Assembly (NCBI RefSeq): GCF_009914755.1 | Contig: NC_060941.1 | Length of the DNA: 64,000 bases | Direction: 5' to 3' (one strand) | Origin: the human T2T-CHM13v2.0 reference genome, Homo sapiens | Part shown: in pieces, positions 52,491-64,000 of the stretch | Layout: each line of letters begins with the position of its first letter | Numbering within the stretch: position 1 is the first letter of the stretch | Made by a program: the position numbers and the translations under genes | Notes under the pieces: generated by a model | Database searches by the model: none | Told to the model about the DNA's origin: nothing | What the model saw: the letters and a program-made list of their open reading frames with translations, nothing else

Positions 52491-55104
52491 TTGGTGAGAG
52501 CCCAGTGTTCTCAGATAAGGAAAAAGATTTAACATTTTGAAGCTCTTATTGTGTGCGAGGCACTAGATTGGATGCTTTACTTACAGCTTAGTCTTTGGTG
52601 AGATAGGAAATACTATCTCCAACTTACTGATGATGAATATAGGCTCAGAGAGGCTAAATAATGTGCTTAAGGTAACTTGGCTAGTTAGGTGGTAGACTGG
52701 GAACTCAAAGCTAGGCTTCTTTGATCCTAGATCCCATGCTTCCACATTCCCCCTCACATTCCAACACTTTTAATCTTCCTTCTGTTCCATCAATGTGCCA
52801 AGCTTGTTTTTACATCAGTCATTGTACCAGTTGTCCTCTCTGCCCAGAGTGCCCTGCTCCCTGATCCACACAAGCCTGAAATCTTTAAATCATGCAAGTC
52901 GTTGTTTAAATGTCCCCTCCTCTGAGAAGTTTTGCAGTTGAAGTCAATCCCTATTCCTTACCTTGTCTGCATAGCATGTAATACTTTCTATTAAATGTAT
53001 TTATTTTCTGTTCATTTATTTCAGCTCCAAAAGGGTACAGAACTTTGTCTCATTCCCAAATTATATACTCAATAGATAGAGCACAAAAATATTCTAAAGT
53101 ATCTGCTGAAGGAATAAATGAATCAATGGTGGGGCAACAAGCTCAAAGTCCCATGATCTCAATTTGACCAATAATGCCTGAAAGATAGGTCCAAAAAAAA
53201 ATGTATTCTCAATCTTGTGTTCCACCTAATTTTTACCAAAGAGGGAACACTGAGGACAAATTTTTAGTTCTTTTTTTTAAAGCTAGAATTGCTTTGTTTT
53301 CCAGGGTTTTGTTCTTTATTAATTTTTTTGATTTTTCATTCTGATTTAACACCGTTGGAGAGCTCATACTAGCCCCGTAAAAGTCTACTCAACAGAATGA
53401 TATTACTGATGTAACTTAGGGAAGGGAGAGAGGCTGGAGGCAAAACAGGGCTAGAAGAGAAGATCTTTTCATTTGCAGGCCAGAATCCTGAAAGAAGAAA
53501 ACCTGTATCCCCCATGGACAGATATGGGGAGGGGACTGTGGGTGGAAGGACAGCACGCCGAATTCATTTTCTCTAATCTATCTTATCCAATTCCTCTCTA
53601 GTGGTTCATAAACTGAGAAAAAGTCAATGGAAACCAATCAGGACAAAAACAGCACTTAGAACTCCATGCAGGGCATACAGCAACTTTTGTTTTATGTCAA
53701 ACAGCTTATGAGGGGCTGGATCTGCTTTTAAGTGGTCATGGATTCTGCTTACCAGTGAATGTGGTGGTTCATTTTCCAAGGGAGAGTGAATGATATTCTT
53801 CATGGGGAGCCTATATTTTAGGCCTGGTATTGAATAATTACTGGACTGCTGAAAGCTTCCAAGTAGGAGTTCGCCCTTCACTACACAGTTTGGCTCATGT
53901 TCCCATTTCGGCTACTTTAAGCTGTTGTAAACAGCATTCGTTTTCCATTACAAGCTAGGAAATGTGACTTCAGCGATGGTGCCGAGTCCCTGGAGAGCGC
54001 CTGCCAGGGAGGCCGTTTCCTCACCTCTCATTTTAGTTTGTAACTTGATGGCGAGGTTGAGTAATCGCTGAAGCTCCATGTCTTCCCATCCTATTCTGTT
54101 CCACTAACTTATAAAACAGCCAGTGACCCGCTTGAGGACTAGCGGATCAACCAGATGTTTCCTGAGCAAAGACAGCATGCGTTTCCTCTTGCACATCATC
54201 TTGTGAGAGGGGAGGGCTGGCGGGCCACTCACCCCGTCTGACATCATTGGGCGAGGTGGCCTGGGGGAGAATTTCAAAGCAGAGCAGCTTGGCCAGGGAA
54301 GAGCTCAGCTGGCAGCTGTGAGCTGGGATTAACTGACCCAGATAACTAGGGAGAAGGAATTGGCAATCTAAGTGTTTGTTCTCCAGCAGGAAGTAGACGG
54401 CCTCCTTTCTACTCCCTAAATATCTGTGGCTGTAGGAGACCTTCCCCCAATGGCTCCACATACACAGTCAGGATTGCGTCCACCATATTTCTTCCCATCC
54501 CAACTTTTTGTTGTCCCTGGCTTTTGCATAAGGTTGACATGGCACAAGCTCAACCAATTGCAGTGTAATAATAATAACAACCATAATAATAATAATATCA
54601 ATGAATTATTCTTCCCTAAACAACATTGAGGAAGTCAAATTCTAAACAATCTGATTTCAAATAATCTCCTTATAGATCACTAGCTTGTCAGACTTGGGGT
54701 ATTAAGAACCAGTAAAATAAAATATTTTTCATAATACAGGGAGCAGCTGACATGTAATTGTCAGCTTCCCCATAGAAAGGTCATTAAAAATAAGACAAAT
54801 AAAAAGTAAATCCAATATACCATTTACCATCACTATGATTTCATAAAAGAAAGGTTTAACCTCTTCTGCTGTAATGCATCCAAAGTCTTTTCTTTATACT
54901 TATAATCAAATCCAAACTACTGAGACCTAAAAAATTCCATATTACTTACGATCTGGCCCATGCCTGCTCTTCAAGCTCCACTTCCTCCTTGACTTATTCC
55001 TCTCTAGTCTTTTATCTGTTCCTCAAACATACAGTGGTCTTTGCATTTACTGTCCCCAACATCTGGAATGCTCTTCCCCACATCTGTATATAGCACACTG
55101 CCTA

Positions 55105-55642
55105 TGGTATGCAGCTTTCTGACACAGCTCCCAATAATCCCCACCTGTATATTCACTTCTTTGTGTAATGCCCTCCTCTGTATGTGGAGTGGACCTGGTG
55201 ACTTGCCTCTAAAGAATAGAGCAAGAGTGATGGGATGTTACATCCAAGATTAAATTGTAAAATACTCTGCCTTCGTCCATTCTTGCTCACTTTCTCTGTC
55301 TGGATTGTCTCACTTGCTTTCTCTCATGAAGCAAGTTGCTAATTATGAGTGTCCTATGGAAGGTCAATGTGACAAGGCCTCTGGCCAAGAGCCAACTAGG
55401 AGCTGAGACCCTCAGTTCAGCAGTTTGGGAGGAACTAAATCCTTCCAACAGCCTCCTGAGTGAGATTAGAAGAAGATCCTTCTCAATAGAGCTTGGCAGT
55501 GACTGCAGCTTCAGAAGACCTCTTGATTGCTGCCCTGTGAGACAGGCTAAGCCAGAGGACTTAGCTAAGCCAAGACACACTGGAACTGCAAGATAATACT
55601 GTTTTAAGCCAGTAAGATCTATGTAGTGATAGATAACTGAAG
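55105..55642 (+). mobile_element. MLT1F/E-like LTR
   Basis: aataatccccacctgtatattcac...tggacctggtgacttgcctcta ... gatagataactga. Confidence 0.7.
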
Positions 55643-56118
55643 CAATGCCTCATTTATTTAGATCTTGCTCAAATGTTTTCCTCTCCAAAGTCGTCTCTCT
55701 CTAAAACAAACCAAACCAAACAAAATGATCACACATTATTCTCTCACACCTTACCCAGTTTTGTTTTTTCTTCATAGCAATTATCACTACCTACATTTAT
55801 ATCACAGATTTATTTGTTAGCTATCTTCCCTATTAGAATGAAAATTCAGTGAACAAAATATCTGTCCTTTTGCTGGTGAACAAGATGGACATGCATTTGC
55901 CCTGATGATGCTTCAGTTTATTTGACAAATATTGATTATAGGGCTACTTTGTACCAGGCTCCATATTTATAGGTTATTTGTTCTTGGTTCTGTTGTATCT
56001 AGGCTAATTAATTTTAGTATATTGGTTCAGCTGTTTTGTTTTAAATTTAGCTCAGCTGCTCTTTGATAATGCACCTTTCTGTATCTTTCAGTGAGTGTTT
56101 GATTAAAATGCCATATGT

Positions 56119-56424
56119 GGGCTGGGCACGGTGGCTCATGCCTGTAATCCCAACACTTTGGGGGGCCGAGGCAGGCAGATCACTTGAGGCCAAGAGTTCA
56201 AGACCAGCCTGGCCAACATGGCAAAACCCCTTCTCTACCAAAAAATACAAAAATTAGCTAGGCGTGGTGGCGCAGGCCTGTAATCCCAGCTACTCGGGAG
56301 GCTGAGGCACGAAAATAACTTGAACCCGGGAGGTAGTGGAGGTTGCAGTGAGCCAAGATCACCACTGCACTCCAGCCTAGGCGACAGAGCAAGACTCTGT
56401 CCCCAAAATAAAATAGAATAAAAT
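56119..56424 (+). mobile_element. AluS
   Basis: ggctgggcacggtggctcatgcctgtaatccc ... A-rich tail. Imperfect TSD gccat(a/g)tgtg. Confidence 0.92.
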
Positions 56425-56505
56425 AGCCATGTGTGATAGAGTCAAGAGTAGAGCTTGTGTATACTCTGTTGAAGTCCATTGTTGAATGAACATAATTATT
56501 TGAAA

Positions 56506-56630
56506 AGATACCTAATGTAAATGATGAGTTAATGGGTGCAGCACACCAACATGGCACATGTATACATATGTAACAAACTTGCACGTTGTGCACATGTACC
56601 CTAGAACTTAAAGTATAATTAAAAAAAAAG
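56506..56630 (+). mobile_element. Short L1PA 3'-end fragment with A tail
   Basis: gatacctaatgtaaatgatgagttaatgggtgcagcacacc...cttaaagtataattaaaaaaaa matches the L1PA 3' terminus. Confidence 0.85.
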
Positions 56631-57107
56631 AAAAGTTCTCACTTTATGCTATGCTGACATCTGCCTATCTGTTACTTTCATCTATTGACCTCAGATTTAC
56701 TGTCAGAAATAATATAGAAAGTGTCTATTCTTTTTCTCAAATCCAGTTAAAATTGTTCTGTTAACTCTATCTCTTTGGGTGTAAGTTCTATTTATCAAGT
56801 TTATTACCTCTTTTGTGCAATAGGCTTTTCTTGGATGTTTAGTGTGTCTTCATTTTGTGGTCATCTTGTGCAGTTAAGATTGCAAGTTTAACTTTCTGCT
56901 TATTTGAGAGCAGATCTGAGAGCTATCACTGTGGCTCCCTCTCCACCGTTTCCAATGAGAGCAATGGGGCTCCTGGTACCATCAGCCATGCTTCCAGGGA
57001 TAGGATCCTGCATCACCTGTACCTAGGAATTACCCCATCTTTCTGTCTCAAGCTCCCACATTCATGAGAAAATACATCTCAAGGCAGATTCATCTGTTTC
57101 TGGCATA

Positions 57108-57145
57108 TGTGTGTATGTGTGTGCTTGTGCATATGCATGTGTGAG

Positions 57146-57177
<32 letters not shown>
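57108..57177. repeat. (TG)n microsatellite
   Basis: TG tract, perfect over roughly the last 30 bp. Confidence 0.93.
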
Positions 57178-57178
<1 letters not shown>

Positions 57179-57491
57179 TAGACTGGTTAGTTAACCTGGC
57201 TACCTTACTGCTCTCATCAGAGACCCCAGAGGTAGACTACCTCCGAACATCGATCGTCTTCATTGTTTTTCTCATCTTTAAGAGCTGCACTTTCCACCAA
57301 TGTCCTAAGCTATAGCTTTTTCTGCAATTTTATCTCATGCGTTTTCTGCTTGTTTCTGGACCACAAAATGTGACAACTCTTATGTTCCAATCCTTGTGTT
57401 TTAATTCTTATGAATGTATTTATACATGCGTTTGTGTGTGTAGTCATATGTTATATTTTTTAAGTATATAAAATATGAATATATATATATA

Positions 57492-57781
<290 letters not shown>

Positions 57782-59812
57782 TGAATATATTTCTGTTTTA
57801 TATCAATATGTGTATGTTTTTATAGGTCATCTTATCTACCATCTTGAAGCCATTATCTCCACTGTCTTTTCGATCAGTCAGCACGTCAGATATTTAAAGA
57901 TAATTACCACATTCTCCATTGTTGTTTCCTCCTCAGTCTAAACATCCTCAGTTCCTTTAATGATCATAATGTACAATAATTTTCTGACCCCTTATCCCCT
58001 AAAATTCCCTTCTCTATTCTTCTCGGCACATAGCATTTATTCAACAGCACTGTCATATAATATGGCCCTCAGAGTTGAGAGGGACACTCAGAGTACAATG
58101 GGACTGTTACTGCTTGTACTCTCTCTCTATTTTTCTGTCAATGCTGTCTAAGTCTGGTTTATCTTTTTAAAACCACATATTTATACTACTGGATTGTAAT
58201 AACCAATTTCCTTTCTACCTCTCTTCCGAATTTTATATATCTAAACTCTGCCAAGCAACAGGTTCCTTATTCTGTACTTGTGTAATTGATTACCAACCAA
58301 AATGAAGGACTTCACACTAGTTCTTAATGATTTGTACCATGCTAACTTTAACCTCTCCACATCCTTTTGTAGTGTGTGTCAGAATATGCATCAAGGCAAG
58401 TTTCAGTTTATTCTTGTCTTTAACAAACTGACAAGCCTCTGATATATTGATCTCTGGTGAATTGTGGTTCCTTCCTTCTATGGAACACCTTCTCCTATGT
58501 TACTAACTGATTAGAGACCATATTATTGGCTTCTTTAGCCAAACCCCATATTTACTTATGGGGATTATGTTATTTATTTACTCAACAAAGATTTATCAAG
58601 GGCTAACTCTGTGCCATGAACCAAGTTGGGCATTGGCTATTCAGAGATAAATAAACATCATCTTTGACCTCATGGAACTTATGATCCAGTATTTACATAT
58701 TTATAATTATGTATAGACTTATTATACTTATGATTGCTAGTGATTATATAGTCAGAATTTTACTGAAAAAAATTGCCAATCTCGATAAAGCAAATATAGC
58801 AAAATGTTCATTACTGAATTAAGGTGATGGGGTATCCAGGTGTTCACTGTATGATTCTGTCAACTTTTCTGTATATCTGAAATTTTTCATGCTAAAATGT
58901 TCGGGGGAAATTTGCCTGTCCCTCATGAGCTATATTTCTTTTATAGTCCTCAGCTATGCAATGGTACTTGTCTTTCTTTTAAACTCTTTGGATTGTTTTA
59001 CTTGCTTTTTATGAACTTCAGGATACCCTCACCTTTTTCTCCCAGGGTTCCTGGAAGAAATTGTGACATAGTAGAAAGAATACAGACATTGGAGATGAGC
59101 TAGGACTCAAATTTTGAGCCTGGCACCTACTGGCTTCCTGCCTCTGGATAAGTCATTTAATGTATTTGAGCCTCGATTTTTCTTATTCCTAAAATGGAGT
59201 AATTATATTCACACTTTGTTGTGAAAATTAAGTAAAATTATGTATGTAATCACTTGGCATATTTAAAATGCACCCTTCCCCACTTCCATGACTTTATCCA
59301 TCTATCTACCTCACACATCACCATTATTTCCTTTCTTACGAATCAGAATTAAGTGGTGAGTACCCATTTATGCTTTTCTCTTTCCTCTTTGAAAAATAAA
59401 ATTCTCAGAAACTCAGATCCTTAATGTGTTATTGGATAGTTTTGTTTAGCAAATATGGTATCAGAAGATATGAATTCATCCATAACCTTCAAGTTTCCTT
59501 TTTGTTCAGATACAGGATTAATGTTAGGAAAGTACCATTAATATCCTGACTAAGTGATCAGTAATTGCTGTTAAGTTGTAAACGCTTTATTGCCAATTCC
59601 TGTCTTGATTTAGTAGGTTTATGTGGTCTGTGTCCTAATTGCTGTGTCTGCAATGTTATCTCCTTTCTTCCATTTTTGCGAAAATCCTGTGCATCCTTTG
59701 AGAACAAGTTCAATGCTCTATCCTCCTGTGAAGGCTTCCTAAATCCCTTCCTTCAGGTCTTACTCAAAATATTCTCACTGCACCGTGTTATGTCTTAAAA
59801 TATCTCACATAA

Positions 59813-62467
<2,655 letters not shown>

Positions 62468-64000
62468 CCACACATACTCATATTTCTAAACACTTTCTCA
62501 AAGTTTGAAAAGGAGGGAATGTAGCTACTGAAATATTAAAAGTAAGAAGGATTCACACTACATCTTTTGATACAAAATAAATTCTCCACAGAAAAATAAA
62601 ATAAAATAAAATAAAATATCTCACATAACTTACCATTAGATAGTAAGAACTGTGCGGCCAGAAAAAAGAACTTTTTAAGCTTTCTATCCCTAGTGTATGG
62701 GACTAGAAGCAGTCAGCAGGTACTTCTTAGAGATAATTCGTGGATACCTGGGGAGGTGAGTGATTAGAGTTAATTATCCCTGGGCCTCAGTTTCTTCCTC
62801 CAGGAAATAAAATAGGTCACCAGGTGACTTCAAAAGCCTATGTAAGTAAGCAGTGAAATTTTATGATTCTTAGCCTTTCTATTATGTTACTCACTCACAT
62901 GCAGTATACCTTTTTCATTTCAAGTATTTGTCTTAATGTCAGAGCTTTATGTATGGATCTGGAGGTTCTTAATTTTTAAGCAATAGAGATGGATGCTCAT
63001 ACATTCCCTCTCTGACTCTTTGCTCTGATTTTCTCAATGGCTTTGCACCAAGGGTATGGATGAGTTCCCCAACAAATCATAGTTCCCCAACATATACTCC
63101 AGTCCAAACAAACAAAAACGCATCTCCCCATGCCCTTCAACCTCACCCTGCCATCCCCTCCATTTTGCAGATCACCTATTTTAGAACATCTCTTCTGTCC
63201 TGTGTCCCAACTCTCTGAAAAAGGCTGAGTAGATTCACATATCCTGGAGTCTGGTGGGTGTCTAGATTAATATTAAGAAGATGCTGGCCTCTGAGTCTTA
63301 GACCCTTTTATCCTTCAGCATATGCTGAGTTTGAGTTGCTGGAAGATATTTGATTCTAACCTTCCATATTTGTGAGCCTCATCTGATTATTCTGGACAGT
63401 CAGAAACACTTGGGGAGGATGAGGGGGCATGTTAGGGAGGTGCAGGACCTCACATTTTCACCCCTGTTTCCTAACCCTTTAAATTTCAACAATGCTGAAC
63501 ATACTTAATGTTCCGAATTCTCTGCACTCTCACTCACCCCGTTTCCCTCCACTTAACACACTCTTCAAATCTTCTCTACCTTTTTTGCCTGATAAAGCTG
63601 ATTCATCACCTGAGGCTCAATTGAAAACCACTTCCTACAGAGAGAGTTTTCTGATTCTCCTACTACAACTCTTACTAAACTGTTTGGTGATTGTCTGATT
63701 ATTTACATGATTTCTTCATTTAATGGATGCCATCATTCTTGTTCATTATTGTAGCCCTAGAGCTTAGCACACAGTACCTGAAACACGATAGTTGCTTAAC
63801 TTGTCTCTATTGAATAAATTAATAAAGGCGGTAGTCGCTGCTCTCATTAAAGAAATTAAAATACTATAGAATGCACAAGATAAGCACACAAATAACCAAT
63901 ATATTGATGCCTCTCATTTTACAACTCCCAAGGATCCTGTGGAGATAGCATTGTTTCTACCATTTTGCAGAAAGAAAAATGTAGCCTTAGAAGTTATATC

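Overview
Primate (human-like) genomic DNA, rich in Alu, L1, LTR and DNA-transposon repeats, containing one complete protein-coding gene: PCTP (phosphatidylcholine transfer protein, STARD2) on the + strand. Six coding exons (21223-21363, 37450-37567, 41220-41299, 43838-44009, 44906-44973, 46149-46214) splice into an intact 214-aa START-domain ORF. The gene has a CpG-island/GC-box promoter at about 21.0-21.6 kb and a poly(A) signal at 47467. Nearly all ORFs in the supplied track are spurious; the real ones are L1 ORF2 remnants and pieces of PCTP exons. Most notable observations: (1) PCTP intron 3 is a U12-type (minor spliceosome) GT-AG intron, and it contains a nested candidate U2 donor/acceptor pair whose use would add 84 nt and place a stop codon inside the U12 branch site; (2) the downstream L1PA carries a 3' transduction of about 124 bp bounded by a 16-bp target-site duplication (TSD); (3) three fold-back palindromes lie in PCTP introns 1-2 (466 bp, a perfect 32 bp, and a 130-nt hairpin); (4) an 83-bp piece of local DNA appears to have been copied into an LTR about 2.3 kb away. 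I cannot check novelty without databases. Repeat subfamily names come from recalled consensus sequences, and repeat boundaries without a TSD are approximate.
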